From Planctomycetaceae bacterium (GTDB lineage: Bacteria > Planctomycetota > Planctomycetia > Pirellulales > PALSA-1355), in NCBI GenBank assembly GCA_003153375.1, contig PLYM01000125.1:14788-78787 (forward strand): a DNA stretch of 64,000 bases, in the 5' to 3' direction. The notes below the pieces were generated by a model. That model ran no database searches, was not told where the DNA came from, and saw only the letters and a program-made list of their open reading frames with translations. The position numbers and the translations under genes were made by a program. Of this stretch, positions 29,110 through 39,059 are shown piece by piece (the stretch's first letter is position 1; every line of letters starts with the position of its first letter).

Positions 29110-29574
29110 ATGCGACTTCTTCATGGTTTTCTAGTGCTGGGATTGGTCTTGGGAGCTTCATCTTTTGTGCAGGCGGCGGGCGTGCGCGACGCGGGCAACA
29201 AACTGCGCGGCGATTACGAGCACATTTTCTCGCAGCAGAACAATAACTTCTCGTACGCGCCGGTTTACGCTGCTCCCGCGACGACAGCAGCCACGCCCAC
29301 CCAAGGCGAAGCGCGACGCAGCTTCTCGGCCGAGGGCGGCCAGCAGGCTCCGGCGGCGCAGCCGGTTCAATCGGCACCGTGTGGCACTGCCGTAACCTCG
29401 GCCCCGGCCGCGACGGCTCAAGCCCCGGCCGCAGGCGCGCGGCGCTATTCGTATGAGCCCTCGGTCAACAACGCCAGCAACGGCAACAACTATTACAACG
29501 GCGGCCGGGCGATGAACACCACGCCCCAGTACCTGCTGCCCAAGAGCGACCCGAACAAGTTCCGCATTTGGTGA
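29110..29574 (+). CDS. small secreted low-complexity protein
   Basis: The signal peptide is MRLLHGFLVLGLVLGASSFVQAA and the body is A/P/T/Q/N-rich. GGAGGG lies upstream and a strong terminator downstream. Confidence 0.6.
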   Translation: MRLLHGFLVLGLVLGASSFVQAAGVRDAGNKLRGDYEHIFSQQNNNFSYAPVYAAPATTAATPTQGEARRSFSAEGGQQAPAAQPVQSAPCGTAVTSAPAATAQAPAAGARRYSYEPSVNNASNGNNYYNGGRAMNTTPQYLLPKSDPNKFRIW

Positions 29575-29605
29575 CTTGATCGCGGCAAAGTAACCAGACG
29601 ATTGT

Positions 29606-29635
29606 CAAAGGGGCCGGAGCTTCCCGGCCCCTTTG
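29606..29635. terminator. bidirectional intrinsic terminator hairpin
   Basis: CAAAGGGGCCGG-agcttc-CCGGCCCCTTTG forms a perfect 12-bp GC-rich stem with A/T-rich flanks (A-run 5', T-run 3'), between convergent genes. Confidence 0.8.
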
Positions 29636-29655
29636 CTATTGGCCGCTGGCGCTGG

Positions 29656-31008
29656 TCAAGGGGCGTCAGGAGAGTCTGACGCGGGTGGAGCCTCGGGCGC
29701 ATCCGACTTCGGTTTCGCTTCGACGGGGGGCAAGCCCTCAATCAGAGTACGAGGGATCTGAAAGCGCAGCGGTTCGCTGCCCCCGAAGGCCGCGGGCGAG
29801 AGTTCGAGCCGCAGGTATTCGATCGTCGGCAGCGGTGGCGGAAAAACCAGTTCGCCGCCGGAGCTTTTGCCGGGACGAATCGAGTTGTCCTTGCCAATGC
29901 TAGCGCCAAACAGCGACATCATCGGCGTCTGCGCATACTTGTTGCCGATGTTGTCGATCATCGCGGTCGAAGCCGTGGCCGATGCCAGGGCTTTGCCGGC
30001 TTCGTTACCCAGCAGATTGCCCAAGCCCTGCCCCACCAGTTCGCCGCCGCCGATCCAGCCCCCGAATTCGACGATCTTGTCGGTGCTCGTGTTCTCGATC
30101 GTGACGCGCACCTTCAGCATCGGCTGCGGCTTCTGACGCTTGAGCGAAGTCAGGTCGCTGTTCTCGAGGATCACCGGCTCGATCTTGACGGACGCGATGC
30201 TGGCTTTGATCGGACCCTGTTCGATCGACTCACGGGCGTCCGTCCAAACCTGCTCGGGCGCCGGCTCGAGTTGAGCGGCCGGCGGTGGAGGCGGTGCGGG
30301 CTGCGCCGCGACAATCGGCGCCGCGGCGACGATCACGGGCTGGGGACTGAAATCGTTGAAGACCAAGACCGCCGTCAACACCAGGCCGACCAGCGAACTG
30401 CTACTTCCAGCAATGCCTAGCGCCAGTCCCGATCCCTTGTGCATCGCGGCCAATACCAGGCCCCCAATTCCCAGCAATAACCCGAGTGTGCCGACGACTA
30501 GCGCGAGCCACGACGTCAAGCCCGCCGAGACGAGCGGCAACCAACACGTGGCCAGCGCCAGGATGCCCAGGATTAGAGACACGGCACCGAGAATTTTGGC
30601 GGCCATCGATCCACTACCGGCCGCTCCACTTGTCGCTACGGGCACCGCTTTGGGCAAGGGCGCCGCCTTGGCGCGCGCAGGCGGACTACCAGCCACGGCT
30701 CGCCCCATCGGCGGTGCCGGCGGAGGCGCGAGAGGCGGCGCGCCGAGATCAACGGGTGGCTGCGTGACCGCTTTGCGCGGCGCGGGCGCCGCTTTGGCGG
30801 CCGTGGGAGCTGCCTTCGCGGAGGCAGGAGCCGGAGCGGTCGAGAACAAACCCTGCACGCGCGAAGCCGGCACCCAAGCGCCCTCGGCTCCCGATCGCAC
30901 GGAAGTCGTGGGCACGATCTTCCCCTCGTCGGCCAGCTTTTTCAGATTCGCCGAAGTCAGCGGTCCGTACTGCTTCCCACCATGTTGTACAAACCACTGA
31001 ATGGCCAT
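29656..31008 (-). CDS. GYF_2 (DUF4339)-domain membrane protein
   Basis: The start is taken at MAIQWFVQHGGKQYGPLTSANLKKLADEGKIVPTTSVRSGAEGAWVPASRV (GYF_2 pattern). An A/P-rich linker follows, then three or four TM helices and a C-terminal beta-rich domain. Confidence 0.75.
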   Translation of the reverse strand: MAIQWFVQHGGKQYGPLTSANLKKLADEGKIVPTTSVRSGAEGAWVPASRVQGLFSTAPAPASAKAAPTAAKAAPAPRKAVTQPPVDLGAPPLAPPPAPPMGRAVAGSPPARAKAAPLPKAVPVATSGAAGSGSMAAKILGAVSLILGILALATCWLPLVSAGLTSWLALVVGTLGLLLGIGGLVLAAMHKGSGLALGIAGSSSSLVGLVLTAVLVFNDFSPQPVIVAAAPIVAAQPAPPPPPAAQLEPAPEQVWTDARESIEQGPIKASIASVKIEPVILENSDLTSLKRQKPQPMLKVRVTIENTSTDKIVEFGGWIGGGELVGQGLGNLLGNEAGKALASATASTAMIDNIGNKYAQTPMMSLFGASIGKDNSIRPGKSSGGELVFPPPLPTIEYLRLELSPAAFGGSEPLRFQIPRTLIEGLPPVEAKPKSDAPEAPPASDSPDAP

Positions 31009-31108
31009 AGCCTTCGCCCGTCGACGTGGCAGTGAAAGGACTCGATTGGCGTCCAGTGTAAGGGCCAGCGCAGCAAGGGGCAAACAAATGATCGTATCCG
31101 ACGCGGTG

Positions 31109-31417
31109 TCACGGGACTTGCTCAAGCCAATAGAACGGCTTGCGGCGCACATGACTGACCGCGACGACGAGCGTCTCTTGCGGCCGAAAGCAATAGATCA
31201 CGACGTACGGAAATCGGCGCAGCAGACAGCGACGAACGTCGTTATCGCCTGCGAAGTGCTCTAGCCGTCCGAAAAGGAGTGGGTCGCTGCGGATCCGCTC
31301 CCATGCGTCGGTTAACTCTTGCAGGAATTCGTCGCCCAGACTGGGGCGTTGTTCGTCGTACCAGAGTGCCGCCTGGACGGCCTCGAGCTCAGCCGCCATC
31401 AGAATGCGAAAGGCCAA
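31109..31417 (-). CDS. type II toxin, ParE/RelE superfamily
   Basis: ..AFRILMAAELEAVQAALWYDEQRPSLGDEFLQEL...RRFPYVVIYCFRPQETLVVAVSHVRRKPFYW matches the ParE pattern. I start it at TTG 31417, 4 nt after the antitoxin stop; the first ATG is at 31399. Confidence 0.7.
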   Translation of the reverse strand: MAFRILMAAELEAVQAALWYDEQRPSLGDEFLQELTDAWERIRSDPLLFGRLEHFAGDNDVRRCLLRRFPYVVIYCFRPQETLVVAVSHVRRKPFYWLEQVP

Positions 31418-31421
31418 GGTC

Positions 31422-31673
31422 TCACCCTTTCGACCTTTGCGCGGCGAGATGCTGTCGGATGCGTTCCAGCGCGACCTCGGCGTCGCTGGCCTTGATTTCA
31501 CCTCGGTCGTAGCTCACTAGACGGCGCTCAATCTCATGCGCCCAAGCCGCGGCAATTTCCGCGGACGCAAAACTACCACTCGAGAGACTCTGCTCCAATG
31601 CGTCGGCCACATAGGCTCGGTCCTCGGGAGCAAGCGAGAGCGCTTGTTCGACAATTTGGTCTCGGTCGGCCAT
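31422..31673 (-). CDS. putative addiction-module antitoxin component
   Basis: This 83-aa acidic protein (MADRDQIVEQALSLAPEDRAYVADALEQSL...WAHEIERRLVSYDRGE) fits the 'addiction module component' pattern as I recall it. It lies immediately upstream of the toxin. Confidence 0.7.
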   Translation of the reverse strand: MADRDQIVEQALSLAPEDRAYVADALEQSLSSGSFASAEIAAAWAHEIERRLVSYDRGEIKASDAEVALERIRQHLAAQRSKG

Positions 31674-31722
31674 GGTTCATCGATTCCTTGGTGAGTCTCT
31701 CCCGCCTTCATCGCTTCCGCCA

Positions 31723-32793
31723 TCATCCCTTGTTAATCACGTCAATCAACTGTCGCAGCCGTCCCAGGCTACGGCGGTTGAAGCGGAAGACGAGGCGGGG
31801 CAGATTGGCCAGGTCGGGTTCGTCTTTTTCTTCGCTCAGAGGGCCTTCGGCAGTGAAGGCGCCGCTGGTGAGGATGTCGGCGAAGTTCGCGTTGATCGAC
31901 GCCAGTAGTTCGTCCGACGGCTTTTGCTTCAGGCGCAGCACCAGCTTGTTCTTCACATAGCGCATGCTCTGATAGACCTTGAAGAACTGCAAGATTTCGG
32001 CCACGGCTGCCTCGACGTTGTCGGTCAGCTTGTAGAGCGACAGGTCGTCGGGCGAGATCATGCCGTCGCCCAGCAGGCGGCGCTCGACATACTGCTGAAA
32101 CTCGGTCCAAAAGACCCCGCCGGGAGCATCGAGAAACACGACCGGCACCAAGTCGCGCTTGCCGGTCTGCAACAGGGTGAGCACTTCCAAACCTTCGTCG
32201 AGCGTGCCGAATCCGCCCGGCAGCAGGCAGACGGCGTCGCACTCCTTGACGAACATCAGCTTGCGCGTGAAGAAGTACTTCATGTGTACGAGCTTCGTAT
32301 CGCCGGCAATGACCGGATTGGCGTACTGCTCGAAGGGCAGCATGATGTTCAAGCCCATCGAGTTCTCGCGACCGGCGCCGATATGGCCCGCTTCCATGAT
32401 GCCGCTGGCCGCGCCGGTGACGACCAGCCAGTGGTGCGCGGCCATGGCACGGCCGAACTCGACGGCTTGTTGAAACGTGGCGGCTTCGGGCCGGGTGCGA
32501 GCCGAGCCGAAGACGGTGACCTTGCGCCGCGACCGGTAGGGCGTAAACACCTTGAAGGCGTAGCGGAGCTCGCGCAACGTGCGGCTAATGATTTTCAGGT
32601 CGCCGCGCGAGGTATGATCGACCGCCAACTTGTCGGCCGACTCCTTGATCTGGTCAATCAGGTCGACGATTCGCGAAGGGTCGACCTTGCCGTTCGCAAC
32701 CTTGCCGGCGCTGGCGCTCAGCGTTTCGTCGAGCTTGGAAACGGCCTGCTCGGCTTTGGAAATCTGCTGGTCTTCAGGGGGGCTATCGGACAC
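31723..32793 (-). CDS. LOG-family (TIGR00730-type, PpnN-like) nucleotide 5'-monophosphate nucleosidase
   Basis: VTVFGSAR ... [13 protein letters not shown] ... [17 protein letters not shown]. There is no ATG near the N-terminus, so I use the in-frame GTG at 32793 ([10 protein letters not shown]). The start is uncertain. Confidence 0.75.
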   Translation of the reverse strand: MSDSPPEDQQISKAEQAVSKLDETLSASAGKVANGKVDPSRIVDLIDQIKESADKLAVDHTSRGDLKIISRTLRELRYAFKVFTPYRSRRKVTVFGSARTRPEAATFQQAVEFGRAMAAHHWLVVTGAASGIMEAGHIGAGRENSMGLNIMLPFEQYANPVIAGDTKLVHMKYFFTRKLMFVKECDAVCLLPGGFGTLDEGLEVLTLLQTGKRDLVPVVFLDAPGGVFWTEFQQYVERRLLGDGMISPDDLSLYKLTDNVEAAVAEILQFFKVYQSMRYVKNKLVLRLKQKPSDELLASINANFADILTSGAFTAEGPLSEEKDEPDLANLPRLVFRFNRRSLGRLRQLIDVINKG

Positions 32794-33082
32794 CGAGGGG
32801 CCTCGCGAGCGGGGACATGTGCCGGCTCGCGCGAGAGGGACCAACGCGAGCCAATGGATCGATATTCGATTATATCTTCCCACCTCCGCTGGCGGATAGC
32901 GATTGAGCCGAATGTGCGGCGCGACTCGACGCCGGAAAAAGCCAGCAGCGGCACCCGAAAAGGCAATGCCGTTGCGGTCGCGGAACTCTGACGCCAGCAA
33001 GCGCGCAAAAAAACAGCCCGCCGAATGCCGGCAGGCTGGGTGGGTTGCTGGGGTGGTTATTCGGCCGAATGAGAGCCTGAGA

Positions 33083-33328
33083 TCAGGCGCTGGGCCGGCG
33101 ATAGTGCTGGTAGGCCAGAATCACTTCGTACAGGTCGGTCGAGATCGTAACCTCGTCGTTTTCGAAATCGCCCAGCCAGGTGCGTTCGTTGCGAACCGCA
33201 TCGGCCAACAGGGGCAGAATCTCGCCGAGGGGCACCGAGACCGTGTCCTTCGATTCCTTGGCTTCACTGATCGACGCACAGGCGTCGCTCTGGGGACCGT
33301 AATACACTCGCAATTGGCTTCGAGCCAT
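33083..33328 (-). CDS. hypothetical small protein (81 aa)
   Basis: The internal ATG gives [25 protein letters not shown]...[27 protein letters not shown], a plausible globular composition. The upstream part of the track ORF is implausible. Confidence 0.45.
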   Translation of the reverse strand: MARSQLRVYYGPQSDACASISEAKESKDTVSVPLGEILPLLADAVRNERTWLGDFENDEVTISTDLYEVILAYQHYRRPSA

Positions 33329-33714
33329 GGGACGCTTCCTTACGTCTGGGACTGCTTTTCTAACCGTCGAGCGATGTCGGCCTATTTCGCCGCGCGACTC
33401 TCGTCGATCGGGGCGCATGCACATCATGCTGTCTACGCCCGCCCTTGCGCTTTGTTTATCGGCACGTGGCCCTGTGCGAGTTTGATCGAATTGTCCGGCC
33501 GTGACGTTTTTTCCCCGCAAGCTCGAAACAGCGGTAAATCCCGCTGTGCGGGGCGCAGGCACAATCAGGGGCCATTGGGCAGGTTGGCTAGTCTCAGTGA
33601 TTCGCTCCGTCATTCAATCCTTGACAATTGAACCCGCACGCGCTAGATTGCGGGGCTGACAAGTCAAATGCGGGACTGCGTTTGCGTCAATCTTCACCGC
33701 GCGCGTTAGAGTGC

Positions 33715-36366
33715 ATGGGTAGTACGAACACGATTGCCATCGACCTTGCGCCGGTGGCACAGACTCTCAAGCTATCGTTGCGCCAGGTCGAATGCGTCGT
33801 CGAGCTGCTCGACGCTGGCAACACGGTCCCCTTCATCACGCGATATCGCAAGGATCAGACCCTCGGCCTGGACGAGGAGCAGATTCGGCAGATCCAATCG
33901 CGGCTGATCAAGCTGCGGCTGTTGGCCGAGCGGAAGCAAACGATTCTGCGGTCGATCGAGTCGCAGGGCAAACTCACGGCCGAGTTGGCCGCCGAGATCG
34001 AGCAGGCCACCAGCACCAAGCGCCTGGAAGATCTGTATTTGCCGTTCAAGCCCAAGAAGCAGACGCTGGCCACCGTGGCTCGCGAGCGGGGGCTGGAGCC
34101 GTTGGCCGACGAAGTGCAGGAGGGCGCGGCCGCTTGTGCCGATCTCGACGCCCGCGCGGCCGATTTCGTGAACACCGATCGGGGTGTCACCAGCGCCGCC
34201 GACGCCTTGCTTGGCGTGGGACACATCCTGGCCGAGCGGTTGAGCGAACGGGCTGATCTGAGACAAAAGCTGCGGCACATTCTCAATCGCACCGGCAAGC
34301 TCGTGAGCGTGCGGGCCGAAGCCGACGAAAAACTGGCGCAGGGCTTTCGCGATTACTTCGAGTTCAACGAGATGTTGCAGCGCGTGCCGCAGCATCGCGT
34401 GTTGGCGATCAATCGCGGCGAGAAGGCCAAAGTGCTGCGCGTCAAAGTCGATGCCGACCTGGACGTCATGCAAGCGGCCGTCGATGAGACGGTTTGCCCG
34501 CCCGACCATCCGCACGTCGATTTTCTGCGCGGCTGCGGGCGCGACGCGCTGGCCCGTCTGGTCTTTCCCAGCCTGGAGCGTGAGGTGCGCCGCGAGTTGA
34601 CCGATTGGGCTGAGCTGCACGCGGTCGACGTCTTTGCTCGCAACCTGCGCAACCTGCTGTTGCAGAAGCCGGTGCGCGGGCGTCGCATGCTGGCGATCGA
34701 TCCGGGTTTCAAGAGCGGTTGCAAATTGGCGGCGCTCGATGAGTTTGGCGGCCTGCTGGATCAGGCCGTGATCCACCTCGTGGGCAAGCCGCAGCGCAAG
34801 CTTGACGGACGCGCGAAGTTGGTCGAGATGATCAAACAGCACCAGCTCAACGTGGTGGCGATCGGCAACGGCACCGCCTGTCGCGAGACCGAGGAGTTGA
34901 TGTCCGACATTCTGGCCAACGAGCTGGCCGAGCAGGGCGTGGCCTACGTGATTGCCAACGAGGCCGGCGCCAGCGTCTATTCGACCAGCCCCTTGGGCCG
35001 GGAGGAATTTCCGGAATACGACGCCACGTTGCGTGGCGCGATTTCGATCGGCCGGCGGATTCAGGATCCGCTCAGCGAATTGGTGAAGATCGATCCGGCC
35101 AGCATTGGCGTGGGCATGTATCAGCACGACATGAAGGCCAAGCACTTGCGAACGTCGCTGGATGCCGTGGTCGAGTCGTGCGTCAACTATGTCGGGGTCG
35201 ACTTGAACACGGCCAGTCCGGCGCTACTGCGTTATGTGTCGGGCCTGAATCAACTGACCGCGCGGCGGCTGTTCGATTATCGCGCGGTCAACGGGCCGTT
35301 TCGCAATCGCGAGCAGTTGAAGGAAGTGCCGGGATTCGGCGAGGCCGCCTTCGTGCAATCGGCCGGCTTCCTCAAGATCGGCGGCGGCGACAACCCGCTC
35401 GACGCCACCTGGATTCATCCCGAAAGTTACACCGTGGCCCAGCAGGTGCTGGGCAAGATCGACTTCACGCCGGCCGACCTGGCCGAGCCGCAGGCCGCGC
35501 AGCAGATTGCCGAACGCGCGGCCGCCTTGGATCTCAACTCCTTGGCGGCTCAACTGGAAGCCGGTGAGTTGCTGCTCAAGGACATCCTGGCTCAGCTGGC
35601 CAGGCCGGGCCGCGACCCGCGCGAGGATTTGCCGCCCCCGATTTTCAAGAAGGGGGTCATCAAGCTCGACGACCTGGCCAGCGGCATGGAGCTGTCGGGC
35701 ACGGTGCTGAATGTGGTCGACTTTGGCGCGTTTGTCGACATCGGCCTGCACGATACGGGCCTGGTACACATCAGCCAGTTGGCCAATAAGTATGTCCGCG
35801 ATCCGCACGAAGTGGTCTCGGTCGGCGACATCGTGAAGGTCTGGGTCCACGAGATCGACAAGACCCGCCGCCGCGTGTCGTTGACCATGATTCCGCCCGG
35901 CACCGAACGCACTCAACCGCCAAAGCGCGAAAAACGCGAGAAGCGCAAAGGCGACGGCCGCCGCGGCGCTCCCGCGCAACAACCGGCCGCGCCCGAAGGC
36001 GCGCCAGTCGAAGCAGCGGCGCCCGCCGCGCCCCCCGAACCGCCGCGCCTCGATCGCCGCCCAGGGCCGCCGCAGCGATCGCCGCAACGCTCAGGCGGCC
36101 GACCACAACAAGGCGGCCGATCGCAACCCGGTGGTCGTCCCCAGCAAGGCGTCGGTCCGCCTAAATTCAAAGACCGCGCCGCAGCCGAATACAAACCCAA
36201 GCCGAAGCCGAAACCGCTGGTTCCCTTGACCAACGAAATGAAAACCGGCCGCGAGCCGCTGCGCACCTTCGGCGACCTCAAACAATTCCTCGAGCTCCAA
36301 ACTCCACCCCCCGAACCCGAACAACAATCGACCACCCCAACCGAAGCCCCCACGGAGTCGTCGTGA
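33715..36366 (+). CDS. tex: Tex-family transcription accessory protein (S1 RNA-binding) with low-complexity C-terminal tail
   Basis: VPFITRYRKDQT..., a YqgF-like core (AIDPGFKSGCKLA), HhH repeats, and an S1 domain (GTVLNVVDFGAFVDIG...HISQLA). A P/G/Q/R-rich extension of about 150 aa follows. Confidence 0.9.
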   Translation: MGSTNTIAIDLAPVAQTLKLSLRQVECVVELLDAGNTVPFITRYRKDQTLGLDEEQIRQIQSRLIKLRLLAERKQTILRSIESQGKLTAELAAEIEQATSTKRLEDLYLPFKPKKQTLATVARERGLEPLADEVQEGAAACADLDARAADFVNTDRGVTSAADALLGVGHILAERLSERADLRQKLRHILNRTGKLVSVRAEADEKLAQGFRDYFEFNEMLQRVPQHRVLAINRGEKAKVLRVKVDADLDVMQAAVDETVCPPDHPHVDFLRGCGRDALARLVFPSLEREVRRELTDWAELHAVDVFARNLRNLLLQKPVRGRRMLAIDPGFKSGCKLAALDEFGGLLDQAVIHLVGKPQRKLDGRAKLVEMIKQHQLNVVAIGNGTACRETEELMSDILANELAEQGVAYVIANEAGASVYSTSPLGREEFPEYDATLRGAISIGRRIQDPLSELVKIDPASIGVGMYQHDMKAKHLRTSLDAVVESCVNYVGVDLNTASPALLRYVSGLNQLTARRLFDYRAVNGPFRNREQLKEVPGFGEAAFVQSAGFLKIGGGDNPLDATWIHPESYTVAQQVLGKIDFTPADLAEPQAAQQIAERAAALDLNSLAAQLEAGELLLKDILAQLARPGRDPREDLPPPIFKKGVIKLDDLASGMELSGTVLNVVDFGAFVDIGLHDTGLVHISQLANKYVRDPHEVVSVGDIVKVWVHEIDKTRRRVSLTMIPPGTERTQPPKREKREKRKGDGRRGAPAQQPAAPEGAPVEAAAPAAPPEPPRLDRRPGPPQRSPQRSGGRPQQGGRSQPGGRPQQGVGPPKFKDRAAAEYKPKPKPKPLVPLTNEMKTGREPLRTFGDLKQFLELQTPPPEPEQQSTTPTEAPTESS

Positions 36367-36454
36367 GTATGGGGTCGTAGTCTTAAAGCAGGCGCACGTC
36401 TCCCCCCTGTCTTCGTTTTCATCCTCCATCCTTCCGCCTTCATCCTTCTCTTCC

Positions 36455-36940
36455 ATGTCCGATTTTCAAGAGCGCCTTGAAAAAGCCATCCAGCGCGGTC
36501 AGCGCTCGCACGATGCCGAGGCCCGCGCGCGGGCGGAAGCGGCGATGGGCGAAGAGGAGCTGAAGCGGCTGCACTCTCAATATCGGCTGGAGCTGTCGGA
36601 TCACATCGAGCACGGCGTCAAGCAACTGCCGCTGCACTTCCCTGGTTTTCGCTACGAGACGATGGTCGGCAGCCGCGGCTGGGGCGCGGCGATCGCCCGC
36701 GACGATCTTTCGCTGCACGACGGCAAGCGCGAGAATTTCTTCAGCCGGCTGGAGGTCGCGGTGCGGCCGTTTTCGCCGATGCACGTGTTGGAGCTGGTCG
36801 CCAAGGGCACGGTTCGCAACAAAGAGATCTACAACCGCAGCCAATATCAAATGCTCTCCCACGTCGACATCGCCAACTTCCGCGAGCTGGCCGACCGCTG
36901 GATTCTGGAATACGCCGAGCTGTTCGCGGCCAAGAGCTGA
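36455..36940 (+). CDS. hypothetical protein
   Basis: 161-aa ORF with a clean ATG and balanced composition. I recognise no family. Confidence 0.65.
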   Translation: MSDFQERLEKAIQRGQRSHDAEARARAEAAMGEEELKRLHSQYRLELSDHIEHGVKQLPLHFPGFRYETMVGSRGWGAAIARDDLSLHDGKRENFFSRLEVAVRPFSPMHVLELVAKGTVRNKEIYNRSQYQMLSHVDIANFRELADRWILEYAELFAAKS

Positions 36941-37005
36941 GGTGAGCGCGCCGGCTCGGTGTGCCGCGCAGTCGTGTTCGAGGAGAGGGGGCCAGAGGAC
37001 CTGTC

Positions 37006-37779
37006 ATGCTCCGCGTGGTGGACGTCGTGCAGCACTATGGCGTGCGGCCGGTGTTGAAGGACATCAGCCTGGAGATCGCCGCCGGGCAGCTCGCCGTCAT
37101 CGTCGGTCCCAACGGCATGGGCAAGACCACGCTCTTGAACGTGATGGCCGGCGTGTTGACGCCCCAGCGCGGCTACGTCGAATACGACGGGTTGCGTCGT
37201 CGCGGTTCGATCGACGAGGAAACCGCGATTCGCCGCCGAGTCGTGTTCCTGCCCGACCACCCGTGGCTGCCCAAGGAGTTTACCGGCCGCGAATTCCTGC
37301 GGGCCGTGGGGGAATTGTATGACGTCGGCGACGAGCGGCTGATGGGCCACGTCGAGCGGCTCGTCGAGGTCTTTGATCTGGCTCGAGAAGCCGATTGGCC
37401 GATCCGCAGTTATTCGAACGGCCAGCAAAAGAAGCTCGCGATCTGCTCGGCCCTGGTTACCGAAGCGCCGATCTTGCTGCTGGACGAGCCGTTTTCCGGG
37501 GGCTTGGACCCGGCCGGCATCCTGACGCTCAAACGCATCCTGCGACACCGGGTCGAGCGCACCGGAGCGACCGTCGTGATCACGACGCCGGTGCCGGAAC
37601 TGGTCGAAGAACTGGCCGATTCGATTATCGTCGTTCGCGAGGGCGAATTGCTGGCCTACGATACGCCAAGTGGATTGCGGCAGCAAACGCGCTGCTCGGG
37701 GCCGTTGACCGAAGTACTCCAGCGATTGATCTTTCCCGAAGCCCAGGCCCAAATCGACCGCTACCTGCGAGAAAGTTAG
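37006..37779 (+). CDS. ABC transporter ATP-binding protein
   Basis: Walker A is GPNGMGKTT, the signature is YSNGQQKKL, and Walker B is LLLDEP. The start is taken at MLRVVDV. Confidence 0.9.
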   Translation: MLRVVDVVQHYGVRPVLKDISLEIAAGQLAVIVGPNGMGKTTLLNVMAGVLTPQRGYVEYDGLRRRGSIDEETAIRRRVVFLPDHPWLPKEFTGREFLRAVGELYDVGDERLMGHVERLVEVFDLAREADWPIRSYSNGQQKKLAICSALVTEAPILLLDEPFSGGLDPAGILTLKRILRHRVERTGATVVITTPVPELVEELADSIIVVREGELLAYDTPSGLRQQTRCSGPLTEVLQRLIFPEAQAQIDRYLRES

Positions 37780-37782
37780 TTG

Positions 37783-38940
37783 ATGATTCGCACGGCGCTG
37801 CAAAAGTTGAGGACCTGGGTGCGGCCGGCGTCGATTCTCCCGACGCTTGCGTTGGCCTTCTTGGTGTTTGAGGGATTGTACCTGTGGACCGTGTGGTGGA
37901 AGGGAATTCCGTTGGGGCAAGATTACTTTCGCCCCCGAGACGCGATGACTTTGTTCCTGGTTTTTGTTTTCGGCGTGCTGCGAGCGAGTTCATTGCATCC
38001 ACTGGTTTGGACGAGTTATGGGAGTTGGCTGGAACGAACACCATGGCGAATGCCTAAGCCGCTGCCGTTGGGACCCTTGCACCTGACACCACGTGATGCC
38101 ATTTTGCTGGACTTGATTGCGCTGGCAATGCACGACGCCACCGTGAACAAACTGCTCGTGCCACTGCTTTTCCTGGTCGGCTACTATCTGGCCTCTTGCT
38201 GCCTGCTGTTGGCGACCGGAGAGACGGGATTTTGCTACGCGCTGCTCTTTGGCCTGGGGTTCGTCGCGCGGCTATGGTCCGAGTTGCCTGAGGCCCTGGC
38301 CGCCGCGGCGCTCTGTTACCCTCTGGCCCTTTGGGGACTACGGCATTCGCTGGCCAAATTTCCTTGGTCTTCGCCACTGTTGCGTCGAGCGTTCGATTTG
38401 ATTCGCAACGCGGGTTTGCAGAATGCCGGAGACAAAATCGCGCCGACACCTCTACTCGGTTGGCCCCATGACATCATGCGGCCGCGCCAGCCATCCTCGG
38501 GAATCGGTTATCTCGACGGTGCGCTCGTGAGTTTGCTCGTCGGCTGGACGCTTTACGGCGTGGCTTCGAATCGCGGCGTGCGAGAATTCAGCTTGGTGCT
38601 GGGTGGGGGCGTCGTCATGATGATCGCGCTTGGTCGAATTGGCTTGTACTGCCAGTGCTATCGTCCGCCGATCAACCTCTGGGGTCGGGTCTGGACCGGG
38701 CGCTGGATCATACCCGGCTATGACAAGGTGATGCTGCCAAGCATCGCCGTAATCGTGATCGCTGTCGTGACGGTCAAGCTCCTCGAACGACGGGTTATCG
38801 AGCCGCAAATCGTGATTCCTCTGGCCGTCTCGCTGGCATTGCTCGTCGTGCTCAACAGCGGGCCGTCGCTTGAAGAGTGGCGCCATACCGGCTCGCACCG
38901 TATCGTGCCCACGGCCAATCCGAAACTAACCAAGCTTTAG
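37783..38940 (+). CDS. polytopic membrane protein of unknown family (coupled to the ABC ATPase)
   Basis: The start codon lies 4 nt after the ATPase stop. It has about 8-10 hydrophobic segments. I do not recognise it as a canonical ABC-2 permease. Confidence 0.7.
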   Translation: MIRTALQKLRTWVRPASILPTLALAFLVFEGLYLWTVWWKGIPLGQDYFRPRDAMTLFLVFVFGVLRASSLHPLVWTSYGSWLERTPWRMPKPLPLGPLHLTPRDAILLDLIALAMHDATVNKLLVPLLFLVGYYLASCCLLLATGETGFCYALLFGLGFVARLWSELPEALAAAALCYPLALWGLRHSLAKFPWSSPLLRRAFDLIRNAGLQNAGDKIAPTPLLGWPHDIMRPRQPSSGIGYLDGALVSLLVGWTLYGVASNRGVREFSLVLGGGVVMMIALGRIGLYCQCYRPPINLWGRVWTGRWIIPGYDKVMLPSIAVIVIAVVTVKLLERRVIEPQIVIPLAVSLALLVVLNSGPSLEEWRHTGSHRIVPTANPKLTKL

Positions 38941-39059
38941 AGAATGGGACCCGCAGCGGTGTCCCGAATAGCAAGCTTTGTTGCTTCTATTTTTACCCCT
39001 GATTACTATACTGTTGTCCATCATCGACGGCCGCCGCATTGGCCAGTGGGGACACGACC

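Noticed and set aside
36386-36454. Polypyrimidine tract (CATCCTCCATCCTTCCGCCTTCATCCTTCTCTTCC) immediately upstream of the 36455 gene.
   Set aside because: It has no clear repeat unit or pairing partner, and no known motif I can assign. It is noted only as a compositional oddity.
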